64,000 nt of DNA from Camelus ferus (GCF_009834535.1 NC_045720.1:32364001-32428000); one strand, 5' to 3'; positions 1-11,290 are shown, counted from the stretch's first letter. Notes: generated by a model not told the origin, from the letters alone. Made by a program: numbers and translations.

Positions 1-135
1 GAATTACAAATGGTGCTCTAAAGATATTACAGTTTTTGAGACAAACATCAGATTTCCAACTGTAAAAGTCAAGTATACGCCTAGACATGAGGTTTTGGAG
101 ATGAGAGGAATGGTCCAGTTACCACAGGCTAATAT

Positions 136-316
136 AAAGTTATTCCCATTATTTGGGGAATTCCACATCAGCCAATTCACTTACTCACTAAAATTTATTT
201 CTAATGCCAAAATCAATACTTGTCATTCTCGGACATGCACAGAGCTGTGAAAAAATCTGAGTCATCCTAAAGGCGCATTTCCAGGCCATGTTCTGCCTTC
301 TTGTTTTAGCTCTCAT
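136..316 (+). mobile_element. TcMar-Tigger family DNA transposon fragment (subfamily uncertain)
   Basis: CTAAAATTTATTTCTAATGCCAAAATCAATACT...GGACATGCACAGAGC...CTGCCTTCTTGTTTTAGCTCTCATA resembles Tigger-family consensus. Confidence 0.6.
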
Positions 317-353
317 AAAAAATATAAAATAAACATATGAAAAATAGAGACTA

Positions 354-455
354 GGTGGGATGGTACAGCACAGTGATGGAGTGCATGCTTAGCATGCACA
401 AGGTCCTGGGTTCCATCTCCAGTACCTCCATTAAAAAATAAAATAAAATAAAATA
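354..455 (+). mobile_element. Vic-1-type camelid tRNA(Ala)-derived SINE
   Basis: A-box/B-box-like body (TACAGCACAGTGATGG...GGTTCCATCTCC), (TAAAA)n tail, TSD AAAAT(G)AGAGACTA at 341-353 and 456-468. Confidence 0.9.
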
Positions 456-464
456 AAATGAGAG

Positions 465-985
465 ACTAACTCCAGCTAGGAAACTAGAGAAGGATTTACA
501 GTGAAGGTAGCAACATAGGTAGCTGGGTGTTGAATGATAAGTAGATATTGGTAGAAATACAGAAAGAAGGGCTTCTTAGAAGAAATAACATGAATAGAAG
601 AAAACAATATGAATAAAGAGACACAGAAGTCTAGCTAATGGTAACATCTTAGGAGTAATGATAAGAGATAAATCTAAGATGGGGTTAGATCATGAAAAGC
701 CTTGAGTGTCATGTCACAGACTGAATTTTATTCAATAGGTGATGGGGAAACTACTGAAAAGATGTGAACATGAAAGTCACTCAATCAGAGTTGGGCTTTA
801 AAAGATTTAACTGGCATGAGTGGGTCGAAAGGATTGGCAACAAAGGGACTGGGAAGCAGGAAAACCAGTTAGGATGCTGTTAGAACAGCCTAAGCAAAAG
901 GTAATAGAGTCCAAAAGTAGGGCAGTGGCAGTGAAACTGGAAAAGTAGTAATGAACTCAGAAGACACTGTGTACTAGTAGAATGG
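465..985 (-). mobile_element. L2 LINE fragment (old, degenerate)
   Basis: Purine-rich L2 antisense hallmarks: TTAGATCATGAAAAGCCTTGAGTGTC, GGAAAACCAGTTAGGATGCTGTT, GGGCAGTGGCAGTG. Confidence 0.7.
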
Positions 986-2004
986 TTTGTTGGCTGTAGA
1001 AAGATGGACCTTACAAAATTTTAGCCAGATGAGGCAAACAGCCATTTTCCACTGTAAAAATAAAAAGGTGGCTCATATGGCTGTCAACTAGGCATGAAAA
1101 ATAGAAATGAGTTGCATAAATACTTCAGTGGAACTTCTTACTATATTATGCATTTAATAATTATTGAGTGCCAAGTACTGTGCAAGGTTATACAGCAGCA
1201 AACAAGACAAGACACTACTCTTTTATTTACTGAGATTATAGACATTAAGAATTGCACTAGGGCGAAATCTTTAAGAAAAATTCTTACACTAATATAAAAA
1301 CCACCTGTTCACTAAAATGAAATTTCTTTGACAATGATCTTGGTCATGTGCTTCCAGCTGAAATTGAAAGCAACAATTGCTGAAGACCAGTTACCTGACA
1401 TCTCACATCCATCTAAATCATTGCACAGATGAAGTGAAAAATACTTACCAAGTGCCTATTTAATACTCACAATGAACTAGAAGTCTTAAGAAATACATAT
1501 AAGAGAACAATGATTTCCAAAAAGGCTAGTAACTAAGCCCAGTGAAAAGTGCCACCCCCTTCACTTTTAACAGGGGAGCGAACTGCAATTTATGCCCTTG
1601 AAGACCTATAGCTAAGATATTAGGGGATAAAAACCAAACTGACAAAAGAATTTTTAAAAAATGCTTATGAATAGATTTTAAAAAGCTAAATAGCACCTAC
1701 TCTACAAATAAATACAAGAAACTAGAAACAAATTTTGAAAATTCAACTTGTGAAATTGGCAATGATTTAAGAGAAAACTAAAAAGAATGGACTAAAAGGA
1801 TGAAAATAAAGTATTTAAGCAAATATAGTTTCAAAAAAACTACAGCAGTTTACATCACTTAACTCACGTGCATCAGAATTAAGTATATCCCAAAATGTTT
1901 ATCAGGATGATGTAGAGATGGATTATAGATTGAACACAACCCCAGTTCGAAATTTCTTATACAATGGATCTTACGGCCCTACTGCAGTGAGTGATTTTTC
2001 AAAC

Positions 2005-2162
2005 AGATAAGCAAGGATTTACTACAGGAGCTTGTTAAAAATGCAGATTTCCCTGGACTCAGTTCCAAAGATTCTGAATTTATAAGATGTGCAGTGGGAC
2101 TCAGGAATTCACATTTTAACACACATTCAAAGTAACTACTGCAAATAGGGTTAACACTGACA
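2005..2162. mobile_element. MER5-like hAT-Charlie MITE
   Basis: GGAGCTTGTTAAAAATGCAGATTTCCCTGG...AGATTCTGAATT...CAGGAATTCACATTTTAAC. Confidence 0.7.
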
Positions 2163-4677
2163 AATCCCGCAGTGTTTTAACCCAACTAAGATACTCAATT
2201 TATAAACAAGATAAGCTAAGTGGAGCAAGGTTAAATGCTTTACTCAAGTTTAGAGTTCCCAATTCCTGCCAGGTTGATGGGAGTTAAGGCTTTCCCCTGC
2301 CAATCGTATTCAGCGCCTTTGCTTTCTTCAGCCTCTCCCACTATCCTACTCCTACCCACTTTCATAGCTGAATCCTGTGATAAGGTCTTTTACAGTCACC
2401 TGGGCCCACACTAGGATTGCATTGTTAATTTTTTGATATCTCTTTCCACAACTGGAATGAAGAACTCCCTGGGGAGAAACTGAGCTTTTAGTTTTTTATT
2501 CCTTTCACTGTGAGACATATGAATATTGTATTCCTTTTTACTGCCTTCAATTTACAAGCAGTATCCTGCTTTTCTCCAAGTAAATACTTAGCACAGTGCA
2601 AAGCATATGAGTCCCAAATAAATGGCAGTTTATACTTCTTAGCCCTAGAAAACAATGTTTTTCTAAGTGCTGGTCACTCTTTGCAATCAAATGTGAAACC
2701 AATTTAGTGAGTCATAAGTATTGTTAAAGAAAAACAAACAGAATAGTTTGATATGTGTGTGTGGGGGTATTGTAATGGAAAATGTACTTTTTACTCTAGG
2801 GTGCAGTCAAAGACGTTTGAAAGCCACAATTTTGCAAATGTTGATAAACTTCTCCAACATATCTTTACCTTTAGACAGACAAATACTTTCTTTCACACAA
2901 TTAACATTCAACCACTCCATCAGTCTTCCCATTCTCCACTAGATACTAGATTTATTTATTTATTTCCCTGGTCCTTTACTCAAATGAAATGGAGAAGGCA
3001 TAAGTCCTAAGTTTGACGAGCATTTTTCACAGTACAAGTCCGTCGGAGTCTGCCTGAGTTCCTTCTTCTGATGGGTCATGTAAGTGTTGCGATGCACTTC
3101 AGATGGGCTCTTGGAGCACTTGCCTCTTGACTCAAGTCTATCTGAACTTCCAGACGTCCCAAACAGGGCTTTGAAATTTTCACAACCTGCTTCATCCACA
3201 CAGAGCCTAGGCTTATTAACTTCTGTAGTTTTTAAGACCACTTTTTTTTTTTCCTATCTTGGAGCCAGGTTCTTTATTTCCACCATAACATTATTTTCTG
3301 GTAATCCTTGATGCTCTCTACAAATTTAAACATAATTACGCATGTCCCAAATCAGTTCTATCTTCTCCTAACTTAAGGTAGTATTCATACTGACAAAACT
3401 GTATCCTTTTCTAGGCCTTGTATCTCACATCTTCTTCATCAGCGAGTCTAACCTAGGCCTAACAATGCAGTAACTGTAACCTGTCACGTCTCTAATATAG
3501 CCTTATTCTTTCTACTACCAGCAATACTCTCAAAATCCCACTTTCTCCAATAACTTTCCTAAATCCCTCCAACAGAACTAGTCTCCACTCTCCAGACCTC
3601 ATTACACTGCTCACACCTCTACAGCAGCTACCAGTCTATAAAATAGAATTATTTATGAATCTGTCTCCTACATTAGTTTCCACGACTAACTCCTATGTGT
3701 GTATCTCCCACTGCCCAGCAAACACCAGAGGGCATTTCACATAGTACTTTATCCTACTAGAAAGGTGAAGAGCTTAATTCAGTGGATATAAAAATAGGTG
3801 AGGAGCGGTTTCTAATTCCGCACGCCCTCTATACTCTGCTCAACTGTAAAGTATTTTTAAAAGATAGAAACTATGAAAGCTATAAGAGAAGAACCAGGGG
3901 GAAACAGCAATAAACAATGTAGAAATAAAACAGAAAGGCGTGATACAACGGATGTGATGCTCTCTGCATTTCCACACGTGGTCCGGTAAAGCGTGCCTGA
4001 ATCCCGTTCTCAGCCTGCACCATTCTGCTCTGTCATCCCTTTACTCGATTTCAAAACCTCCCGCACCACTTCGCTGAACTTGCTTTAGCGCTCTCTCAGA
4101 GGGCCAAGTATCCCAAAGCGTATCAAAAAAAGACTCCCTCTTGCCTTTCTCCTCTTCCGGCCTCCATTGGCCACATTCATAAGAATGAGAGTGGGCAACC
4201 ATTTCCCTTCAACAGTCCCAACTAAAATGGAAGCACGTCTAGACCTGCGTACCTTTAATCCTTAAGTAAGCCCCAGAGTTTCTAGGTCACCGTATATCGC
4301 CTTCACTACCTGCCACTTCAATGGGACTGAACTAGTAGGCTCTGTCTTCCAGCCGCGGTCTTGCCACAACTTCCCACCACCACATTAAGGTCCCATTACC
4401 CTCCACACATCGCAGCCTACCCCGTAGGCCTCAAGGAGGGTTGGCATGTCATTCTGGGGTCAAGGTTCCCGAAAACGGCTTGACCTCTGAGCGCTTTTAT
4501 TTAAACATGCCTCATACCTTCTAACTTCCTTCCTCGAAACTGATCTCCCCCCACCCGTCTTACACTTCCTGACTTTCCACCATTCTTCAAGTAACGTGTC
4601 CCCCGATCACCTCCTTCCCCTGGGGAGAACTGCGTTCCGGCTCTCGACTAACCTCGCTCTTTTCCTTTTCCATGCCC

Positions 4678-4712
4678 GGCTGGGGCGGCTGGGGCGGCTG
4701 GGGCGGCTGGGC
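4678..4712. repeat. 9-bp tandem repeat (GGCTGGGGC) x ~4
   Basis: Units start at 4678, 4687, 4696 and 4705. Confidence 0.95.
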
Positions 4713-4787
4713 TCGGCCGCCCGCTCGCTCGGGGGACTCCACGCCGGCCCCTCGCCCATACATCCCGCCGCTCCAACCCCTACTCAC

Positions 4788-5168
4788 TTTGGGCTTCTCG
4801 GGCAATTTCTTCCGGCTCTTCTTCTTCTGCTCCTCGCTCCTGAGATTCTTCAGCAGAGCTAGGTCGTCAGCGGCCGGGGCCGAAGCGGCCGCCGCCTCCT
4901 CCCGTTTGCGGGGCGGGTTCCTCCGCTTCTTGCGGGCGCCGGCGCAAGCCGCGGCCCAGCTGTAGCCGAGCAGGAAGATCAGCAGCAGCCCGAGCGCGCC
5001 CGTGCCCACCAGGATCACCCAGCCCNNNNNNNNNNNNNNNNNNNNNNNNNNNNNNNNNNNNNNNNNNNNNNNNNNNNNNNNNNNNNNNNNNNNNNNNNNN
5101 NNNNNNNNNNNNNNNNNNNNNNNNNNNNNNNNNNNNNNNNNNNNNNNNNNNNNNNNNNNNNNNNNNNN
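4788..5168 (-). CDS. MTDH: Metadherin (LYRIC/AEG-1) coding exon 1, codons 1-127; codons 1-48 lie in the N-run, so the ATG position is inferred
   Basis: Minus strand reads (P)GWVILVGTGALGLLLIFLLGYSWAAACAGARKKRRNPPRKREEAAAASAPAADDLALLKNLRSEEQKKKSRKKLPEKPK. This matches the MTDH N-terminal transmembrane segment and basic NLS region. It is followed by a canonical phase-0 donor AAA|GTGAGT at 4788/4787. With V51 at 5018-5016, counting back 50 codons puts ATG at 5168-5166. Confidence 0.95.
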
Positions 5169-5263
5169 NNNNNNNNNNNNNNNNNNNNNNNNNNNNNTGA
5201 CGCTGGGGCGCAGAGACGCCGTGGAAGAGTCAAGGGAAGCAAGGGAGGGCCGGCCGGACCGCC

Positions 5264-5278
5264 TCAGGCCGAGCGCAT
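5264..5278 (-). other. Upstream ORF (MRSA*) in MTDH 5'UTR
   Basis: ATG CGC TCG GCC TGA on the minus strand, G at -3. It is the only ATG in the visible 5'UTR. Confidence 0.75.
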
Positions 5279-5471
5279 CGCGGCCGCCCCTCGCGCCGGA
5301 GCCGGGGATCGGCCGCTGCCGCCGCCAGGATAAGGGGCTCTCAGTTCCCCCTTGTCAGCCTCACTCCGCCGCCGCCAGGAGGAGGGGGGCGGCGGGAGGG
5401 AGTGTCTCCAGTGGCGGCCGCTAAGCGGCGTCTCGGCGCCAGTGCCAGGCCCCGCTGTCCTCCCTCGGCGG

Positions 5472-5483
5472 AACAATGGCGGC
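5472..5483 (+). promoter_or_regulatory. YY1-like site (AACAATGGCGGC) at the approximate TSS
   Basis: Close match to the YY1 consensus AANATGGCGGC, in a position typical of TATA-less CpG promoters. Confidence 0.45.
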
Positions 5484-5528
5484 TCCGGCCGCGATCCACG
5501 CCGCGCGCGCAGACGACGACTGGGCCGC

Positions 5529-5592
5529 GGGTCACGTGTGCGCCCGTGGGCGGGGCTAGGGTCACGTGGGTGCGGGCGAAGCCGGGCGGGGC
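5529..5592. promoter_or_regulatory. Two GGGTCACGTG E-boxes (5529-5538, 5559-5568) plus GC boxes GGGCGGGGC (5548-5556, 5584-5592)
   Basis: Motifs read directly just upstream of the 5'UTR. The human AEG-1/MTDH promoter is known to use two E-boxes bound by c-Myc. Confidence 0.75.
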
Positions 5593-7459
5593 GGGAGCCG
5601 TTGGGCCGGAGCCGTTAAGGCGAGAGCGCGGCGGTGGCGGTTGGCGGTGACCCTCTTGGGCCTGGTGGAGGCGCTGAGGCTTGGGGGCCGGTGACTGTGG
5701 ACGGGAAGCTGGGAGGGGTTAACTGGAGGAAACCTTTGCCGGGTGGCTGGTGGCCCGGAGCTGGGAGACGTGGCACTTTGAATGAGTCCCGGGGAGGGGC
5801 TCTCGAGGAAGCCTGGGAGCTGGGAGGGGGTGTGGAAGAGGGCAAAGAGCGGGGAACCGAGTCTTGGGGTCGAGGTCAGAGTCGCCCTAGTAGGTGTCTG
5901 GTTTTTTTCTTCTTCTTTTTTTTTTTTTTTTTTTCTGGGAGTGGTGTTGGGGTGGAAGCGGCTTTTTCTCCCTGGGTCTGCTAGATGCTTCCAGAGTGGG
6001 CTCAGCTAAGTCTAAGCCGGCACTCTTCGTCCAGGGCCTAGTTTAGCTCACAAACTGGGTCTCTGTTCAGGGCCGCTTACCCGTTGCGCACCGACCGTTT
6101 ACCTGCCTGGCTGGGGCGCTTTCGCGTGGTTTCGCACCTTCCCAGAATTCAAAAGTTGGAAAGCCCGTGGGCAGCATTATTCTCCTACTCATTTGTAGCT
6201 TTAATAAGAAATGAGAAGAGAGGCACATTAGGTTGTGTTTTACACGTAGAGGTAGTTTCGTCTTTGCGTTTTAAGTTTTATGCAAGACCACAAGGACTTT
6301 CCAAAGATTCTATTTTTATATCCTGTGTTGACCGTATCTGGGTAGCGTTAGGAAGAAATGAATTTTTAAATTTAAGTTACAAAGATGATATTTGGAGGCT
6401 GCCTTAGGGTTTTGAAGTTGTATTTCCCTATAAGGAAACTGTTTTATCATTAAGTGATAATTAATATGTAAGCAAGTGTCTTAAGTGAACTAAATACAGG
6501 CTTTCTCAAAAGAATAGAAAGGGGGTAACGTTAATAAGTACCGAATGTCAAAAATGTATTTAGGAGTATTTTGACCTACTTTGCAACTGTGTTGTAAAGC
6601 ATGTTGTGATTAATGGGTGGAAGGGAGTTTTGTAAATAATAATAAACTGCTACTCTTGCTAAGCTTTATACAGACTTATAATTAAAGACACTGTAAATTA
6701 CAAGGCCAAAAATTTAGAAGATGTCATTGGAACTACTTCATCTCTTAAAGGTTCCAAATTCCACTTATATTTATGAAAGTAGATTTATAATTCTACATTT
6801 ATGTTTTGGTTCCAGAGACATGAAGGGTGATGATTTTTCCTAAGAAATTCCACTGCCTATTCTAGGTTAATACCTATGGATTTATGAATTAAGCTATTAC
6901 ACATGTAGTAATAGTAGCTGGGTTTGCCTGTTCCTTTTGCAGCCTAGCAAGTATTGATTATGTAAAATCCTATTACCTTCTTTTTTTTCTGTGACTCTTT
7001 AAGCTTAAAAAATTGTTTACTGTATTTGGTAATACAGATAAAATCATTTTTCGTATGTAACTTTGTAGTCATCTTTTCAAGTATTTTTATTTTAAAAACA
7101 AAAATGGAGTCATACACTGTTTACTGTTTTGCATTTAATGCGATCATGAACATTCGTGTCAATTGATAAAGCTCACCAGGAACATACCTGTAGCTAACAA
7201 AGTTGGGTTCATTAACTTGCAGCAGAATGAAGTTTAGGTGAAATTTAAATGAAGCAATGCTTTGAAAAGCTCAAAGAACACTGTCTAAAAGAGTTAATAT
7301 TAGGTCTGGCGTAAATGGACTCAGAATCCTAATTCCTTGAAAATGGCAACGTTAAGAGAAATGTGAAATGTCGTTTCTGAAACCTCTTTCCTTGAAGCAA
7401 CTGGATTGAAAATGAATACTACTTATTGTGAGAGTCAAAGTGACCCATATGATGAGATG

Positions 7460-7810
7460 CCATTAGGAAATAAAAAGGAATGGACTATAAATACATACGC
7501 AACAACATAGGTGACTCTCAATTACACTGAAAGAAGCCAGACAAAAAAGAGTATGTACTGTATGATTCCATTTGTATAAAAGTAGAAAATGCCAACTAGT
7601 CTGTGGTGACAGCAAATCAGTGGTTATGGGGGGCGGTTGGCGGGGGAGCAAGGAGAGGTGGGAGCAAGGAATTACAAAGGGACACCAGGAAACTTTGGGG
7701 AATGATAGATATGTTATCTTCATTGTTATGGTTTTATGAGTCTATATGTATGTCAAAACTTGCCAAATTGTATGCTTGTTGTTTGTTAAATATACCTCTA
7801 TAAAACAGTT
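7460..7810 (+). mobile_element. Old L1 (L1MC/L1ME-type) 3' end
   Basis: GAAAGAAGCCAGACAAAAAAGAGTATGTACTGTATGATTCCATTT...GTGACAGCAAATCAGTGGTT...TATGTCAAAACTTGCCAAATTGTA. Confidence 0.8.
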
Positions 7811-8397
7811 CACAGGAGTTTTTAAAAAAGTGACCCACGTGGCTCAGATGTTTATAGAAGTGGCATGCTCCATTCTCATTGATAGGATTTCTAACAAAGT
7901 TTTTGCCTTTCTATGATTTTAAAAAACAAAGTTTCTCAACACTATATCCTTGATAATTAACAAAAAATTTTTTTAACTTACAGGTTTGCAAATATTCACC
8001 TCTTGTCTGGCTCTGCTGTACTTTAACATAGTTTATTGTTGGACAGTCAGGTTATTTACAGGTTACTTTGCTTTTTGCCGTTAAATGCAATTCTATCATG
8101 AACATACTTGTAACTAAGTAGCTTTGTGAATATCCCCGATAACTTCTTGAGGATAGAATCCTGTCACTGTTTTTACCTGAGCCATAGCCCCCAGTATGTG
8201 ATAGAATGCTTTTAGTTTGGAAGTGTCAAGGGACCCGAAGAAGTTCTACCTAAAGCCTCTCCTGTCATAGAAGAGAAAAGAAGCTTCAAAGGGTTAGAGC
8301 AGCTGAGCTCATAATAGAACCCAATCTTCTCTGCTCTGGATCCCTTGGTTCCTCCTCTTTTTCAGTGTGCTCTGTGATCAATTCTTGGGATTACTGT

Positions 8398-8774
8398 GTG
8401 CATTTATTCACTCAGATTGCCATAACAAAATTCCACAGAGTGAGTAGCTTAAACAACTGAAAGTTATTTTCTAATTCTGAAGGCTGGAAGTCCAAGATCA
8501 GGGGACCAGCATGGTTGGGTTCTGGTAAGGGCTCTCTTCCTGGCTTACAGATGGCCACTTTCTTGCCGTGGCCTCACATGGTGGAGAGCAAGCCAGTGAG
8601 CTGTCTGGCATCTCTTAAAAGGATATTAATCCTATCAGATCAGAGTCCCACGCCTATGACCTCATTTAACCTTAATTACTTCCTTGAAGGCCCTGTCTCC
8701 AAATACAGTCATAGTGGGGTCAGGGCTTCAGCATATGGATTTGGAGGAGGAACACAAACAGTCAGTCCATAACA
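8398..8774 (-). mobile_element. MLT1A-type ERVL-MaLR solo LTR
   Basis: GCCATAACAAAATTCCACAGA...GGCTGGAAGTCCAAGATCA...ATGACCTCATTTAACC...CAGTCCATAACA. Confidence 0.85.
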
Positions 8775-9179
8775 ATGCAGGAAGCTTCCACTCAAATAGC
8801 TTATCTTTGAGGGCTGATGAAAGAAAAATGTTGACTTTGGTCTTCAAAATGTAGACTATTGACATAAACTCCTGGATTACAGGATTATACACCTAGAAGG
8901 ATGATTTCACAGTAAAGCAATGAACAACAGTTGAGTGTGCTTAGAACTTGGAGATATGGAAAGGAAAGAGTTATCCTCAGAATAAATCTAGTCAGAATTA
9001 GTAAATAAAATTCTCTGCAGACGTATCCTAAGCTGAAAGATAGTTTATAAATGTGTTGTTGAAAGGGCCAGGATACTTCTGTGCCTCTTTAAAAGGTTGG
9101 AAGATACGCTAAGAACCTGTATGGAACGTGTACGGATGTGTCAAGGATACTCATTCCCATACCATGCATGTAAAGTTTA

Positions 9180-9410
9180 AAAAATTAGTTTATAGATAAA
9201 AATGTAAAACCATGCATGAGAATAATGAACACCAAGTTCAGGACAGTGCTTATTTGCAGGGGAGGGACAGAGGGGATTAGGGGAAAGTATGGAGGGGGCT
9301 ACAACTGTATCCACACTTTTTATCTATTAGACTAGGTTATGGGTACAAGAGTACTCCTTATATTATTTCTTTCTGGTTTTTCTATGCCTGAAATACTTTG
9401 TAATTAAATT
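9180..9410 (+). mobile_element. Old L1ME-type 3' fragment
   Basis: ATGAGAATAATGAACACCAAGTTCAGGACAGTG...GGGGAAAGTATGGAGGGGGCTACAACTGTAT. Confidence 0.55.
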
Positions 9411-9722
9411 TAAGTGACAAAAATTAAATGACAAAAGCAATAGTTTTCACTGAAGCTAGGCCAAATAATGGAGGCTTCCCTGACTATACAATTCTGAGGT
9501 TGTTATGGTCTTATGGTGGGGAAAAATATATTGGACCATAACAGTAAGATATCCCTTAAGGTCATTTAACCCCCTCTGCTCTGATTTCATGCTCAGCACA
9601 CCATACCCACCTTGTGATGAGCATCTCCTGTAGACTTCTCTACGTAAGATAGAATGGGTTGAAAAGCTGACTTAAGTAATCTGACCTTCTTAGCAGTTAC
9701 ATTTATTATTATAAATCATGCA

Positions 9723-9922
9723 CTCAGTTGGGCAATATTGCTCCCATGAGGGTGAAAATTACTGGTTTTGGAGGCAAAGCCCCCTTTTTAATGTATGAAG
9801 TACAGATATAATACACTACATTTACAGATATATAATGTTCTGTGGCATTAAAATTTCATAGGAAAAAAATACCTAAAAAGGCCCTTAAAGGGGTGATAAT
9901 GAAAAATGGTTGAGAAACGCTG
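9723..9922. mobile_element. hAT-type non-autonomous DNA transposon relic
   Basis: CAGTTGGGCAATATTGCTCCC...GGTGATAATGAAAAATGGTTGAGAAACGCTG, a Charlie-like TIR end. Confidence 0.5.
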
Positions 9923-10129
9923 GTACAAAGGAAGAAATTGGCACTCTGTTTCATCAGTTAGCCTCCTGTGTTTTCAATTAATATTTCCTTGGGTTATTTA
10001 TTCAGTCATTTCTTCCCTGGACTTTTATTAAATCCCAACTCTTTGATTTAAATGCATGCTATCTGTCCTCAAAAATCCTCAATTAGTAAGGACAATGGAC
10101 CCTTTCTTAAATAGCCTTAGTACAAGAGA

Positions 10130-10390
10130 GTATTTTCCCCACTATGTCCAGTGACTCAGCCTGGGGTTACAAATTCCTGGCCTTCTTGCCCCATCTTGGG
10201 ATGATTTTGAAAGACCATCCCAGCTCCAGAATACTGTTTGGCTGAGGACTGTTGGTGCTGTATCTCAGTCCAGTTCTCCCTCTGCTCAGTCCCACTTCTT
10301 TTTCCTCCTACTGGCATTGGTTCCAAGAGCACTTCCTCATATGCTGATCTATCTCAAAGTTTGCTTCCCAGAGGACCCAATCTGTAGCAC
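10130..10390 (+). mobile_element. LTR16-family (ERVL) LTR 3' part
   Basis: GAAAGACCATCCCAGCTCCAGA...GGCTGAGG...TTCTCCCTCTGCTCAGTCC...CAAGAGCACTTCC...TCTCAAAGTTTGCTTCCCAGAGGACCCAA. Confidence 0.65.
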
Positions 10391-10489
10391 GGATGATGAG
10401 GAATTACAAAGTTTTTGACATCACCAAATAGGGAAAGGTTATTTCTGCATAGGGGCAGTGGAACACTTCAAATATGTATGTTTAGATTA

Positions 10490-10885
10490 AGTTTGGAAGG
10501 ATGAGTAAGATGTTGCTAAGAAGAGAAGGGAGAGAGGAATTTTCAAGCATGGGGACCAGCAAAAGTGAAGGCTTTGTGACATGAGAGAACATGTTTGGAT
10601 TATGGTGAGCACTGTTCTGTAACTAGTGATAAAGTCCTTAAGATTTTGGTAATTGAAGATGAGAGAATTGTCAACAGTGACTCCTTGGTTTCTCACTTCC
10701 AATTGGACAGATGGTGGTGCTATTTGTTGAAATGGGGAATATTGGGAAAGCACTAAGTTTGGCAAGTCAGGATTAGTAGCTTGGTTTTACACACATTGGT
10801 TTTGAGGAGTTCAAACTATCCAAATGAAGATATCAGATAGGCAGGTATACATGGATGTGGACTCCAGAGGAGAGATGAGAGTTGC
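10490..10885 (-). mobile_element. L2 fragment
   Basis: GACTCCTTGGTTTCTCACTT...GATGGTGGTGCTATTTGTTGAAATGGGGAA...GATATCAGATAGGCAGG. Confidence 0.7.
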
Positions 10886-10959
10886 TGGTACCCCTTGGTT
10901 TCCTTGCTCTGATCACACTTTTAGTTCTGTATCATTTTCTACTTTCTACTCTCACAATC

Positions 10960-11290
10960 TCCTTTCACTGGCTCTTCCCAGTGCATAGAATTCATTTGCT
11001 TGCTTTTCCTAGTTAATTCCTGCTCATTCTTCACATCTCAAATGAAATGTTGTTTTCTTCCAGAGGCTGTGCTGGCCACTCGATCAGGTCACTTCTTCAT
11101 GTTACGTATTTTTATGGCACTACAAATTTTCATAGTATTTGTCAAAATTGTTATTTCACATTTATTCATGTAATTGTTTTCTTTCTCACTCTGATGATAA
11201 TTTCCATGAGAACAGGAACTGTGTCTACTTTTGCTCATCATTGCACCTAGCATAATGCCTAGTACATGGTAGATGCTCAGAGCATATTTA
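10960..11290 (+). mobile_element. L2 3' end
   Basis: TCCATGAGAACAGGAACTGTGTCT...CACCTAGCATAATGCCTAGTACATGGTAGATGCTCA. Confidence 0.7.

Larger units (their letters stand above)
1..4787 (-). other. MTDH: MTDH intron 1 (proximal part; exon 2 not in window)
   Basis: Begins with GTGAGT donor at 4787. No PNGRTVEV-type exon 2 coding sequence is recognisable downstream in the window. Confidence 0.85.
5169..5490 (-). other. MTDH: MTDH exon 1 5'UTR (TSS approximate)
   Basis: Reverse complement (CCATTGTTCCGCCGAGGGAGGACAGCGGGGCCTGG...GCGATGCGCTCGGCCTGAGG...GCGCCCCAGCGTCA) closely matches the human MTDH 5'UTR as I recall it. Confidence 0.85.
4590..5900. promoter_or_regulatory. MTDH: CpG island / MTDH promoter region
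   Basis: Very high GC and CpG density spanning exon 1 and its flanks, in contrast with AT-rich, CpG-poor surroundings. Confidence 0.9.

Noticed and set aside
354-432. tRNA-Ala(AGC)-like sequences here and at 17.1, 19.7, 28.6 and 39.8 kb as tRNA genes
   Set aside because: A-rich tails, TSDs, decayed arms and no acceptor stem identify them as SINEs.
2960-3241. 93-aa intronic ORF on the MTDH strand as a cryptic exon
   Set aside because: Starts at GTG, has no resemblance to MTDH exon 2 and no convincing acceptor/donor pair.
4587-4787. C-terminal part of the 143-aa ORF (VSRGWSGG...PQPPQPPQP...)
   Set aside because: Read-through past the GTGAGT donor into intron 1; the PQP repeat is the intronic minisatellite.
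5901-5935. Poly-T/TC tract upstream of the promoter as a retrocopy tail
   Set aside because: No associated element body or TSD is recognised; treated as simple low complexity.
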